Positions 36,196-45,971 of a stretch of 64,000 nucleotides of DNA are shown piece after piece; within the stretch, counting starts at the first letter, position 1, and every line of letters starts with the position of its first letter. The DNA is taken from contig CALMST010000252.1 of the NCBI GenBank assembly GCA_937872315.1, positions 71,781 through 135,780 on the forward strand, in the 5' to 3' direction. The stretch comes from an uncultured Ignavibacteria bacterium. GTDB taxonomy: Bacteria; Bacteroidota; Ignavibacteria; Tepidaquicellales; Tepidaquicellaceae. Position numbers and translations under genes: made by a program. The notes below the pieces were generated by a model. The model searched no databases, was not told the origin of the DNA, and was given only the letters and a program-made list of their open reading frames with translations.

Positions 36196-37194
36196 CTAAT
36201 CTTCCATCCAGATCTGATCTTTATTTTTCAGTACGATCTGATAACCACCCTTGTATGATTCAAGAATACCTTTAGCATAAATATAATATTCCTTCTTTTC
36301 ATCTATATTTATCTCATCAAGCAATCCGACATTTTCCTCATAAACTACTATATCAAAATTTTCTTTCTTTGAATGAGGAATTCTGAGAAGATATGGAAAT
36401 TTTTTTGTCATAATGTTACTTATGCCGCCAAAGACCGTTATTTCCTGACCAAGAAAATCACTCAGAGAATTAAAATCTCTGTCACTGTTTAGATTAAGAT
36501 AATTTACTTTTCCTTTGTTATTCTTATCATAATCCTCTATTTGCTTTGCTCTTTTATTCCACCAGACCAATCGCTCTTCATAATCGGGATAATGTTTTTT
36601 TTCCGGATCCCAGATTCCCAGACTGTTGGATTTGGCATAATCCTGAGCTTCCACAAATGCTTCATGAAACCTGGTACTGTTTCCGTATTTGTTAAAATAA
36701 GGTGAATAACCCTGCCTGACACATTCCACATTATAGTTGACCTCTGTTCCGTCTTTCATAACTACAATCATATAGACCAGATACCTGCCAAACATATCCA
36801 CACTTCTGTCATCTGCTTCAGTTTCAAGTCTTACAAAATCTGCATCTTTCAGATATTCTTCAGCCCATTTCCATGCTTCATAACCAAAAGGTGAATCAGC
36901 CTTAACGGGCATTTTACTGTCACCTCTTTCAGTTTTATAATATGCTTCCCAGTTTTCAGCAATTTCACTCGTCTTTTGCTCAGCATCTTCAGTCTTAAAG
37001 GTTTCTTCCGTATCAATACCTAGTAATCTTACAGAATTATCCAGATTCTCGAATCTGAATGTATCGCCGTCAGTTATCTTACTTATTTTGAAATTTCCAA
37101 TGATCAGCGAACTGTCTGTTCTGGCTTTACAAGCTACCTGTGCAACAAAGAGTAAAACTACTATCAGAAAATTTCTAAGATTATTTATTTTCAT
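36196..37194 (-). CDS. Secreted thermonuclease (SNase)-family nuclease with C-terminal extension
   Basis: Signal peptide, then ITDGDTFRF...VRLLGIDTEE and GRYLVY. Confidence 0.7.
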   Translation of the reverse strand: MKINNLRNFLIVVLLFVAQVACKARTDSSLIIGNFKISKITDGDTFRFENLDNSVRLLGIDTEETFKTEDAEQKTSEIAENWEAYYKTERGDSKMPVKADSPFGYEAWKWAEEYLKDADFVRLETEADDRSVDMFGRYLVYMIVVMKDGTEVNYNVECVRQGYSPYFNKYGNSTRFHEAFVEAQDYAKSNSLGIWDPEKKHYPDYEERLVWWNKRAKQIEDYDKNNKGKVNYLNLNSDRDFNSLSDFLGQEITVFGGISNIMTKKFPYLLRIPHSKKENFDIVVYEENVGLLDEINIDEKKEYYIYAKGILESYKGGYQIVLKNKDQIWMED

Positions 37195-37215
37195 TATTAT
37201 AGAATAAAATTAAAA

Positions 37216-37250
37216 CAAAAAAACTCTTATGCTTTATATAAACATAAGAG
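37216..37250 (-). terminator. Rho-independent terminator downstream of rpsR
   Basis: Minus strand reads CTCTTATG-(11-nt loop)-CATAAGAG followed by TTTTTTTG. It starts ~27 nt after the rpsR stop. Confidence 0.6.
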
Positions 37251-37277
37251 CTTTAAAAAATTTAAATCCCTGAGATA

Positions 37278-37571
37278 TTAATATCTTGTACCTTCGCTGA
37301 CAAAAGGAATAATGGCAAGATGTCTTGCTCTTTTGATGGCAGTTGTAAGTTTCCTCTGCATTTTAGCTGTTGCTCCGGTTATTCTTGCCGGGAGAAGTTT
37401 ACCCTGTTCATTAAGAAATCTTGTCAGAAGTCTTGCATCAAATATATCTATATAATCCTTAACGCCTCTTTCCTTGAAAGGATCCCTTTTCTTTGCCTGA
37501 TTTTTTTTAGCTGTAATTTGCTGTGTTAATCTATAATTGGCTTCTTTAAAACTTTTTGTTGTTTTTTTCAT
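37278..37571 (-). CDS. rpsR: 30S ribosomal protein S18
   Basis: [31 protein letters not shown] matches the conserved S18 core (E. coli: [30 protein letters not shown]). There is a basic ~30-aa N-terminal extension. Confidence 0.85.
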   Translation of the reverse strand: MKKTTKSFKEANYRLTQQITAKKNQAKKRDPFKERGVKDYIDIFDARLLTRFLNEQGKLLPARITGATAKMQRKLTTAIKRARHLAIIPFVSEGTRY

Positions 37572-37828
37572 TAATACTTTTGCTTTATAATTCTTACAAT
37601 TTATTTAAAATCACTTAAAATTACAATTCAAATTTATGACCGGTCGTTAAAAGCAGCATTTTTTTTACAAACAGGATAAAAGATGAAAAATGTGAATTTC
37701 AGCCACTAATCATTAAATTTTCAATTGTAAAACTTTTTCCAAATATATATGTTTTGTTAATTTAAATTATTTTATTCTTTTTAAAACTGAAAAGTTAAGT
37801 TAATTATATCCCTGATATAATTTTTATT

Positions 37829-38827
37829 TTGAAAAAGACCTTTATTTTAACTGTCCCGGTGGTAATGGCAGCCACACTTTTTTTCTATTCATATAATGAA
37901 TCAAGCATATATTCAAAATCAGCCGGTGAGTTAAAGGAAATTACAAGCAGTGAAAAGAATATTGTTACCTCCCCTGCTGTTACAGATAAAACAGAGTATA
38001 AAGATTTTGATGAAGTTATAAAGAAGAGATCCTTTGATAATAATCTATATGTTGAAAACCTGCTTAAAGACTGGCCTACTCTTTTTGACCTGTTTACATC
38101 AAATGCAAATTTCAAGCAGAAAGCAAAATCAATTAATGTAAAAGATCTGGAAAGAATAAATGATAAGATCCAGATTGTAAGCAAAGAATTTAAACTGGGT
38201 AATGTTGATAATCTTGTGGCAGAACTCGGGGAAGACATAAAACGCGAATGTAATTATTATGATCTGGACTGGAGAATAGTTTTTGCCATTATAAGACAGG
38301 AATCCTATTTTAACGCTAATGCTCGTTCTCACGCCGGCGCATTCGGTTTAATGCAGCTTATGCCCCGGACCGGAGAAGGTCTTCAGAATCAACTTAGTCT
38401 GGAGGAAACTCAGACACCTAAAAACAATGTTATTGCCGGAATTTATTATTATGCCACACTTGTATCCCAGTTCAGGGATCTGGGTGAGGATAAATATAAA
38501 TTTGCACTAGCTGCATATAATGCAGGTCTTGGAAGAGTTATTGATGCTATGACTATCACAGCTTATTTTGAAAAAGATTACAGGATCTGGGATAATGTAA
38601 AAGAAGCATATCCTTACTTATCTTCAAAAGAAGATTCGATTCATGCGCTCGTGTGGCCTGAAACTAAACGTCCTCCGTACGGAACACTTGACAACTGGAA
38701 AGAACCGTACAATTATGTCAATAGTATAATGTTTTATTATGATGCTTATAAAAAAATGTTTGAAAGTAATTTAGAAGAACCTGCTGCCGTTACTGTTAAG
38801 AAAAAATCAAAAAAGAAAAAGAAATAG
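37829..38827 (+). CDS. Lytic transglycosylase (SLT domain), secreted, Lys-rich tail
   Basis: TTG start. RQESYFNANARSHAGAFGLMQLMPRTG and AAYNAG motifs. Confidence 0.85.
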   Translation: MKKTFILTVPVVMAATLFFYSYNESSIYSKSAGELKEITSSEKNIVTSPAVTDKTEYKDFDEVIKKRSFDNNLYVENLLKDWPTLFDLFTSNANFKQKAKSINVKDLERINDKIQIVSKEFKLGNVDNLVAELGEDIKRECNYYDLDWRIVFAIIRQESYFNANARSHAGAFGLMQLMPRTGEGLQNQLSLEETQTPKNNVIAGIYYYATLVSQFRDLGEDKYKFALAAYNAGLGRVIDAMTITAYFEKDYRIWDNVKEAYPYLSSKEDSIHALVWPETKRPPYGTLDNWKEPYNYVNSIMFYYDAYKKMFESNLEEPAAVTVKKKSKKKKK

Positions 38828-38880
38828 TATCCGCAAAATAACTTTGTTAAATTAATCATAAATTCCAATTTTACTTTAAA

Positions 38881-40059
38881 ATGACTATTACAGAAACTGT
38901 ATCATTGTTACCAGAAATTAAAAATATAACCGATACCAGGAGTTTGTTTCCGGTTACTGAAACATGTGTCTATCTTGATTCAGCACATTATTCTCAATAT
39001 TCACTTGAGACCAGAAGAAGACTGATTGATTTTATAGATGAATTTACATTTACAAACAGGAATCTGAGTTTGTTCAATATGAAAATATCTGATACTTTAA
39101 AGGAAAAATGTGCCAGATTAATCGGTGGAGAAAGTGATGACATTATTATTACAGGGAGCACAACTCACGGACTTAATATTTTTGCTAATGGGGTAAGACT
39201 TGAAAAGGGAGATCATGTCGCCGTGGCTGATTCAGAATTTCCAGCTTTGGTTTACCCCTGGCTTAATCAGGAAAAACTCAGAGGGATCAGGACAGTAATG
39301 ATACCTTCACGCAACGGACAGATAAAATTATCGGATATCGAAAGGACATTAAAAGAAAATAATGTGAAAGTACTTTCTATAAGTTCAGTTGAGTTTCTTG
39401 GATTCAGAAATGATCTGCTCTCTGTCAGCAGGATTTGCAGAGAAAACAACTGTTTTTTAGTCGTTGACGGAATTCAGGGCACCGGTGTATGCCCCGTAAA
39501 TATGAAAGAATACGGAATTGATTTTTATTCTGCAGGATCACAAAAATGGATGATGGCTCCCGCAGGTGTGGGATTTGCTTATATTTCACCATTAATTAAA
39601 GACAAAGTAGATCCGACTTATGTTTCTACTTCGAGTATAAATTATAACTTTAAAAACTTTCTTGATTACAAACTTGATCTGAGAAACGACGGTGCTGCAT
39701 ATGAAAATTCCACGCCAAATACTCTCGGCATGATTGGCCTGGAATCATCAATTGATCTATTTCTTCAGCTCGGAGTGGATAATATTTTCAGACATATACT
39801 GAATTTACAGGATTTATTTATGGAAGAAATGAAAGATTCTGATTATGTGATTGAGTCAGATCTTGATCCGGTTCATCGCTCAAATATTTTAATATTCAGC
39901 CATAAAGATCCATCTAAAAATGAATATGTTCAAAGTGAACTTGAGAAGGAAAAAATATTTATTGCTCTCAGGGAAAATTTTCTCAGACTCGCCGCTCATA
40001 TTTTTAATAATGAAAGTGATATCCTGGCATTAACCGGTAAACTGAAAAAGATCACCTGA
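38881..40059 (+). CDS. Class V aminotransferase / cysteine-desulfurase-like PLP enzyme
   Basis: ITGSTTHGLN, VVDGIQ, and SAGSQKWMMAPAG (PLP Lys context). Confidence 0.75.
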   Translation: MTITETVSLLPEIKNITDTRSLFPVTETCVYLDSAHYSQYSLETRRRLIDFIDEFTFTNRNLSLFNMKISDTLKEKCARLIGGESDDIIITGSTTHGLNIFANGVRLEKGDHVAVADSEFPALVYPWLNQEKLRGIRTVMIPSRNGQIKLSDIERTLKENNVKVLSISSVEFLGFRNDLLSVSRICRENNCFLVVDGIQGTGVCPVNMKEYGIDFYSAGSQKWMMAPAGVGFAYISPLIKDKVDPTYVSTSSINYNFKNFLDYKLDLRNDGAAYENSTPNTLGMIGLESSIDLFLQLGVDNIFRHILNLQDLFMEEMKDSDYVIESDLDPVHRSNILIFSHKDPSKNEYVQSELEKEKIFIALRENFLRLAAHIFNNESDILALTGKLKKIT

Positions 40060-40181
40060 TCCGTATATTTTTGTTTGAGTGAACTTTTTTGTTTCATCTG
40101 GCATAAAAATTTCAATATTATAAACCCCATTTATAAATTGTTTTTATGTTTAATGCCATTCATATATGACACAATTTAATC

Positions 40182-40243
40182 AATACCTAATACCTAATAC
40201 CTAATACCTAATACCTAATACCTAATACCTAATACCTAATACT
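40182..40243. repeat. Perfect heptanucleotide tandem repeat (AATACCT)x8 plus a partial ninth copy
   Basis: Read directly: eight exact 7-mers at 40182-40237, then AATACT. Lies between convergent genes, 122 nt after the stop at 40059 and 8 nt from the comF stop at 40252. Confidence 0.97.
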
Positions 40244-40251
40244 ATTAACAA

Positions 40252-40938
40252 TTACCTTGCCATCGCCAAAGTGCACGCCATTACTTCACTACTATTATTT
40301 TCTTTTAAGACCTTTATTGCTTCATTCATTGTCGAGCCGGTAGTTACCACATCATCCACTATAATTATACGTTTGCCTGAAATAATGTCTTTATAATCTT
40401 TATTTATTGTAAAAGCATTCTTCAAGTTTGAGATCCTTTCTTCCCTGCTTAGCTTTGTCTGAGTAGAAGTGTGACGAACTCTGATAATCATATCCGGTAC
40501 TAATTCTGAATTCAGGTATTGCACAATGCCCATGCAAATATATTCCGATTGATTGAATCCCCTTTCACGGAGTTTGGTTTTATACAATGGTACAGGAATG
40601 ATATAATCAAAATCTGTTATATTATTTGTTTCTAATATTATCTGCAGTTCATGGCCGATGATTTCCCCTAAATAAATTCCAAGTTTTTTCATTCCTCCGT
40701 ATTTCAGCTGATATATGATCTTTGAGAATTCATCCCCTTCAGCAAAGGAAAAATGGCTGAAAGAAATGTCTGCGATTAATTTATCATTTAATTCCGAAAG
40801 ATCGTCATAAGTTACTTTTGGAATCGAGATTAAATCTTCATCATTGAGATACTCTCCGTATTTATTACCGGATTCAATTCTTTTATCCGAGATCAATGAA
40901 ATTCTGGGAAATATAAAATCAATAATTTCACTTAACAT
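40252..40938 (-). CDS. comF: ComF-family phosphoribosyltransferase-domain protein
   Basis: C-terminal PRTase motif RIIIVDDVVTTGST, 228 aa. Confidence 0.65.
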   Translation of the reverse strand: MLSEIIDFIFPRISLISDKRIESGNKYGEYLNDEDLISIPKVTYDDLSELNDKLIADISFSHFSFAEGDEFSKIIYQLKYGGMKKLGIYLGEIIGHELQIILETNNITDFDYIIPVPLYKTKLRERGFNQSEYICMGIVQYLNSELVPDMIIRVRHTSTQTKLSREERISNLKNAFTINKDYKDIISGKRIIIVDDVVTTGSTMNEAIKVLKENNSSEVMACTLAMAR

Positions 40939-41257
40939 AAAATATATTTTTTTTTTAATTTAACTTAATATTATATTTCTAAATTGTCGAATGTTAATAT
41001 TTACTGTTTGTGAAAATGATTTTTTCATTTTTGTAAAACTTTACAGCTGGAATTCAGATTATTATTAATTCTGCTGTCGCGATGAAAAAAACAGCTTCAG
41101 AGTTGATAGTTGATATATGCCAGTGGGCAGGAGATTTTAGATTAATCTGTAGATTAAAAACTGTATCTCAATATTTTACGGTCATAAGAAATAAAACATA
41201 ATTGCTGACAGCCTTAAAATATTGCAGGCTCATATTACTAAATGCAAAGGAATATAT

Positions 41258-43165
41258 TTATTTCTCGAATGATTGAGAATTGATCTTGCCAAGTAAAGTT
41301 CTCGCTGATTCATTTCCGGGTTCCAGTATAAGCACTCTACCGATCTTTTTTCGCGCATCATCATAATCACCTTTTTTTATTGAGATATTCGCCGATTCTA
41401 ACAATGCATCTTTGAAATCCGGAAACAGCTCAATGGCTTTTTCAATATTGATCTCATAATTTGCTGTATCCCTGTTATATAAATATCCATAAGCTTTATA
41501 AAAATAAGCAAGCGCAAAATCAGGTTCTGTTTTTATAATAGCATTCATATCAGCGATCATATTAATTCCGTTCTTATCATAGATATCTTTTCTGGAATCA
41601 TTAAGAAGATAATTTATTTTTCTCGGTAATATTTTTGTTTTATTCTTATAAAAATTATTTACATAGATTGCTTCCAGTGCCTGATCATCAGGAGAATAAA
41701 ATACGGGATTCTGATTCAGCGTTAAAAACCACTCCCTGTAAAATGCAGTGAATGTAACCCCGTTCTTATTAAAAAAATCAGTTAAAACTTCATTATAATC
41801 GTCACGATAAGATTCTTTTGTAAGATCGGGATTTATAAGACCAACTATATCAATGACCTTTCTTCCGGAATAAAATCCAATCGCCCCGATATCATGAGTT
41901 GCGATAATGTCATTTTCATATGTATTGTCCTTTAACCAGTGGGCTGTCTTTACATGTCTGTCGTAAATATATTTACTATGATAAGCATAATATTCGCTGT
42001 TAGATTTAAAGTTTATCAATGTCATCACTACAAAAAATAAAAGTATACCGGAATTTATTATCTTTCTTAACATCATATTTTTCAAAAGATCTTTGAAGAG
42101 ATCGATCAGGAATACATACCCGCCCATTGATATCATTATATAAAACGGTATCATCGGCATAAAGTATCTCCCGAATCTGCTGAACAGAGGTATCTTTATG
42201 AAATAGATAAGGATGAAAATTAAAATAAAAAAAATGTAGATCGAATAGCTGTTATAGTTCCTTTTAAAAAGATCATACATTGAATTTACAAAAATTATGA
42301 TGAATCCCGGAAGCATGAATGCAAAATGAGCTTCTGAAAAAAATTGCCAGATGTAAACTTTAAGAAATGTTATCCTGACATCTGAATCGATATAGTATGC
42401 AACTTTTGCGCTGTAAGTATTGGAAAGCAGAGTTCCGGACAGATACAGATTCATTGCAAAATAAGAAAGCAAGAAAAGGAAAAATATCCCTGCAATTTTA
42501 ATTACATCCCTTGCATTAAATACCGGATTGTTTTCCTTATTTTTTACTATCCATCGCTGATAAACATAATCAGCTATAATAGCGGCAATAAAGGCAATCC
42601 CGTCGGGTCTTGCCCAGAATATTAGACCTAATGTTATTCCAAGAAATGTTGAATTGCGGATTTTATAAAAATAAACTCCGAGCAGAAGCAAAAAAATGAA
42701 CATAGTAGTTTCCATTCCTGAAAGAGTAATAAAATTCATCCTCGGATCAAAAATAAAAACCAGAGTGATCAGGAAACCATATATGATATTATTATTTTGC
42801 TCTTTTATTGCAAGGTTATAAAATACAAAAGCTGCAGCAGCAAAAAAAACAGTACCTGTAATATAGCTTAATATCATTTCATTGTTTGTAAAAATGAATC
42901 CGATTACAAGAATAAAGACATATAAAGGAGAAGTCGAGCCTGCAGTAACAATCTGATCTTTAAAATAAGAGAAACTGTGATAATCGATAAGATTTTTTGC
43001 AAACTGCAAATGGATCCACGGGTCATCCAAAGGAAAGCTGAGGAAACCGTTAATGCTTAATGCCTGAATGTAATAATAATAAGCAGCCAGTATAGGGAGC
43101 AGAATTATGATCAGATATGAACTGTAAATTAAATTGTTACTGTTACTTTCTTTGACTTTATTCAA
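41258..43165 (-). CDS. Polytopic membrane protein (GT-C / ArnT-PMT-like glycosyltransferase fold suspected) with C-terminal TPR repeats
   Basis: About 12 hydrophobic helices in the first ~400 aa (includes FPLDDPWIHLQFA near the N-terminus). The C-terminus has TPR-like LAYFYKAYGYLY...AIELFPDFKDALLESANISIKKGDYDDARKK. Confidence 0.5.
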   Translation of the reverse strand: MNKVKESNSNNLIYSSYLIIILLPILAAYYYYIQALSINGFLSFPLDDPWIHLQFAKNLIDYHSFSYFKDQIVTAGSTSPLYVFILVIGFIFTNNEMILSYITGTVFFAAAAFVFYNLAIKEQNNNIIYGFLITLVFIFDPRMNFITLSGMETTMFIFLLLLGVYFYKIRNSTFLGITLGLIFWARPDGIAFIAAIIADYVYQRWIVKNKENNPVFNARDVIKIAGIFFLFLLSYFAMNLYLSGTLLSNTYSAKVAYYIDSDVRITFLKVYIWQFFSEAHFAFMLPGFIIIFVNSMYDLFKRNYNSYSIYIFFILIFILIYFIKIPLFSRFGRYFMPMIPFYIMISMGGYVFLIDLFKDLLKNMMLRKIINSGILLFFVVMTLINFKSNSEYYAYHSKYIYDRHVKTAHWLKDNTYENDIIATHDIGAIGFYSGRKVIDIVGLINPDLTKESYRDDYNEVLTDFFNKNGVTFTAFYREWFLTLNQNPVFYSPDDQALEAIYVNNFYKNKTKILPRKINYLLNDSRKDIYDKNGINMIADMNAIIKTEPDFALAYFYKAYGYLYNRDTANYEINIEKAIELFPDFKDALLESANISIKKGDYDDARKKIGRVLILEPGNESARTLLGKINSQSFEK

Positions 43166-44048
43166 AAATTTATAAAAGGTCTATAATTTTGGATACATAA
43201 AAAATAAAAGATTTCTTTCAGAAAATACGGAGTCAAATTAGTAAAATTTACTTTGAAAATATAGCAATATTAATATTCAGGTAAATCAAATTTTTATCTA
43301 AGATACATAAAAACAATCTTTGCAAAAAAATTTTCAATGCAGACTATAAAAATTTATAAATTTTATGGTAAATGGACAAAAGTATTTGAAGCACGTGAAG
43401 AAATTTTACTTTATACTTATTCTAAATTTGACAACAACATTTGCAAACGCGATCTTCATAATATTTTTCAATTTAATGGTTCGAATTTTGTCAGTTTTTT
43501 AGTACAGATATACTTCGTATGTACAGAATTCAGGGATCTGGAGATCAAAACCTAATGTGAACAGCGCATATAGAGATGTTTATACAATATTTAACTGAAA
43601 TGGTCTGAAATATAGCCAAGAATTTTCAGTAATAGGTACAGGAAATAATATTTATCCAATACAATCTGTATTACTTTACTTATGAAAATAATACACAACA
43701 GCATACAGATATAGTAAAAGCTATTAAAAAATGTGATTTTAAAATTTAAAATCATGAAAAATTCAAGAAATATTCTTTCAATAATTTTACTATTAATATT
43801 TTATTCAAATACTAGATTTGATCTGATAGATGCTATTAAGATTTTTAGAACTACTAATAGCCGGACAAATTGGGATAGATCCATCAATAGGAATGTCCCA
43901 TTACGTAGTTGAACTGGATAACAACATTTCCGCCAACGTCGGCTATTCAGCAAGATACAGACCAGATTTTTCATTAAAGGATAGTTATACAAGAACTGTT
44001 GACTTAAATTAAACAATAGAATTTATTAAATTAAAGAAATTAAATTTT

Positions 44049-44318
44049 ATGAAGCATAATCACATTCCAAAGAACGCACCGGAAGCCGGTAAAACATACA
44101 GAGTCGAATATAAGAATCAGGAAATATATGATGCAAAAGTCGTAAGCTATGAAGGCGGCTGCTGGGCAAAAGTCAGAATTGAAAAAGTACTTCCCAATGA
44201 CAATGAGATCATTTACAGGGAAGGACAGGAATTTGACATGAAGCTGGCTTATTATAAGTTATATGAGTTAATAGATCATGCTGAAGAAAAATCTGAGGAA
44301 ATTGTAAAAGATTTATGA
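44049..44318 (+). CDS. Hypothetical small protein (89 aa)
   Basis: ORF whose stop overlaps the next gene start by 4 nt (ATGA). No motif recognised. Confidence 0.45.
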   Translation: MKHNHIPKNAPEAGKTYRVEYKNQEIYDAKVVSYEGGCWAKVRIEKVLPNDNEIIYREGQEFDMKLAYYKLYELIDHAEEKSEEIVKDL

Positions 44319-45142
44319 TCATATCCGAAGAAGAAATTATTTTAGATGAAAAAAAAAACAGATTCATAGAAAGCGGCTGGGGCAAAGAAGTAAGATACGA
44401 TACAACAGTAAATAAGATAATTTATGAATCGGACGGACTTAAAATCAATGGATATCTTGCTTACCCTAAAGTGATAAGTAGTAAACTGCCGTTGATAATA
44501 TGGAACAGGGGCGGATACAGGAAGGACGGAAGGATAGATGAATTCATTGCAAGAGGAATGTTCGGAGAGATTGCTTCCTGGGGTTATGTGGTACTTGCTT
44601 CACAATACAGGGAAGAAGAACAATTCGGAGGTGAGGATGTCAATGATGTACTGAACTTAATCGCCCTTTCAGACGAAATAGAATTTTGCGATCCGGAATT
44701 AACAGGAATGGAAGGATGGAGCAGAGGTGGAATGATGACATACAAGGTTTTAACATTAACCGATAAAATAAAATGCGCAGTAATAATATCCGGACTTTCA
44801 GATCTTAACAGAAGCATGGAAAACAGACCTGAATTGAAACCGGTTTATGAATATTATTTTGGCGATGATAATGAAACTGTCTTTAATACACAGATGAACG
44901 AAAGGTCTGCAGTTAATTTTGCAGAAAAAATTAACAAGGATACTGATATTTTACTCATACATGGAACAGATGACAACAGAGTTCCGCATGATGACTCTGA
45001 AGAGATGTATAAATTGTTAAAGAAAAATGGAGTCCACTGCGAGCTTAAATTATTATCCGGCGGTGATCATTATTTAAAAAGTTACAGAGCCGAAACTGTA
45101 AAATTAAGAAAAGACTGGTTCGGCAAATATTTAAAAAAGTAA
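44315..45142 (+). CDS. Alpha/beta hydrolase, S9 peptidase / dienelactone-hydrolase-like
   Basis: Nucleophile elbow GWSRGG. LIHGTDDNRVP and GGDHY (Asp/His region). Confidence 0.7.
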   Translation: MIISEEEIILDEKKNRFIESGWGKEVRYDTTVNKIIYESDGLKINGYLAYPKVISSKLPLIIWNRGGYRKDGRIDEFIARGMFGEIASWGYVVLASQYREEEQFGGEDVNDVLNLIALSDEIEFCDPELTGMEGWSRGGMMTYKVLTLTDKIKCAVIISGLSDLNRSMENRPELKPVYEYYFGDDNETVFNTQMNERSAVNFAEKINKDTDILLIHGTDDNRVPHDDSEEMYKLLKKNGVHCELKLLSGGDHYLKSYRAETVKLRKDWFGKYLKK

Positions 45143-45183
45143 ATTTAAAAAGTTTAAAACTCAAACAAGAAAGGAATAAAAAA

Positions 45184-45621
45184 ATGTATGATCCAATAAT
45201 GGTTCAGCCAATGAGAACCGAGGCAAAAGAAATAGGCTTCAAAGAATTATACACACCGGATGAAGTAAAATCCGAACTTGAAAAGACAGGGACCACACTT
45301 GTATTTGTAAATTCAGTTTGCGGGTGCGCAGCAGGAAAAGCAAGACCAGGTTTAGCAGCTGCCATTCAATGGGCAAAGGAAAATAATGCAATGCCTGATA
45401 ACATGGTAACTGTTTTTGCAGGAATGGAAAAAGATGCGGTTGATGAAACAAGAAAATATTTTACAGGTGTTGCGCCGTCTTCACCGCAGATGGCGCTTTT
45501 AAAAGACGGTAAACTGATTCACATGATACAGAGACATGACATTGAAGGCAATGATGCAAATACACTGGCAAATAAAATTGCAGGCGCATTGAAAGAATAC
45601 TGCGCAAGGGTTGATGCATAA
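45184..45621 (+). CDS. Bacilliredoxin (BrxA/BrxB, YphP/YqiW family)
   Basis: 145 aa with LVFVNSVCGCAAG, the CGC active-site context typical of this family. Confidence 0.75.
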   Translation: MYDPIMVQPMRTEAKEIGFKELYTPDEVKSELEKTGTTLVFVNSVCGCAAGKARPGLAAAIQWAKENNAMPDNMVTVFAGMEKDAVDETRKYFTGVAPSSPQMALLKDGKLIHMIQRHDIEGNDANTLANKIAGALKEYCARVDA

Positions 45622-45646
45622 TAACTTATCAAATATATTATTATTC

Positions 45647-45681
45647 AAAAACCGGATAAAGTTTTTAATCCGGTTTTTTTT
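45647..45681 (+). terminator. Rho-independent terminator
   Basis: AAAA-ACCGGAT-(10-nt loop)-ATCCGGT followed by TTTTTTT, 26 nt after the stop codon. Confidence 0.8.
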
Positions 45682-45971
45682 ATGTAATCAGGGTTTGTTA
45701 AAAATGCAATTTTTAAATATTGGAATTTATAGTATGCAAATGAAGTTACATTTTCTGCAAAACAATATTCCGGTTATTTAACTGAATTTTAAAGTCAATG
45801 ATTAAATTAATGAGAACACTTTTAAAATATAATACATTAAAAGTTGAAACTTTTTTTTATATATTTAACGAAACAAATTTAAAAAATAATTATTTAAGAA
45901 TCAGTTATTGTAAGGATCCGGTATAAGGATTAACCCCAAAAATTATTTTTAAATTTTAAAAAAACTAAAAT

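Noticed and set aside
40182-40243. The heptamer array considered as a CRISPR array or a telomere-like end.
   Set aside because: There are no spacers between units and the unit is only 7 bp, so it is not a CRISPR array. It is internal to a contig with genes on both sides, so it is not a chromosome end.
43337-43555. 72-aa plus-strand ORF in the 880-bp gap between the TPR membrane protein and the 44049 gene.
   Set aside because: There is no Shine-Dalgarno-like sequence upstream and no recognisable motif, and the composition resembles the intergenic AT-rich background. Left uncalled.
43754-44012. Two overlapping short frames. One is a 52-codon ORF starting with a signal-peptide-like MKNSRNILSIILLLIFYS (43754-43912). 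The other is the 60-aa ORF 43830-44012, whose C-terminus looks beta-strand rich (VGYSARYRPDFSL...). Together they might be a frameshifted small secreted or outer-membrane protein gene.
   Set aside because: This is a speculative join that requires an unobserved frameshift, and both pieces are too short to recognise a family.
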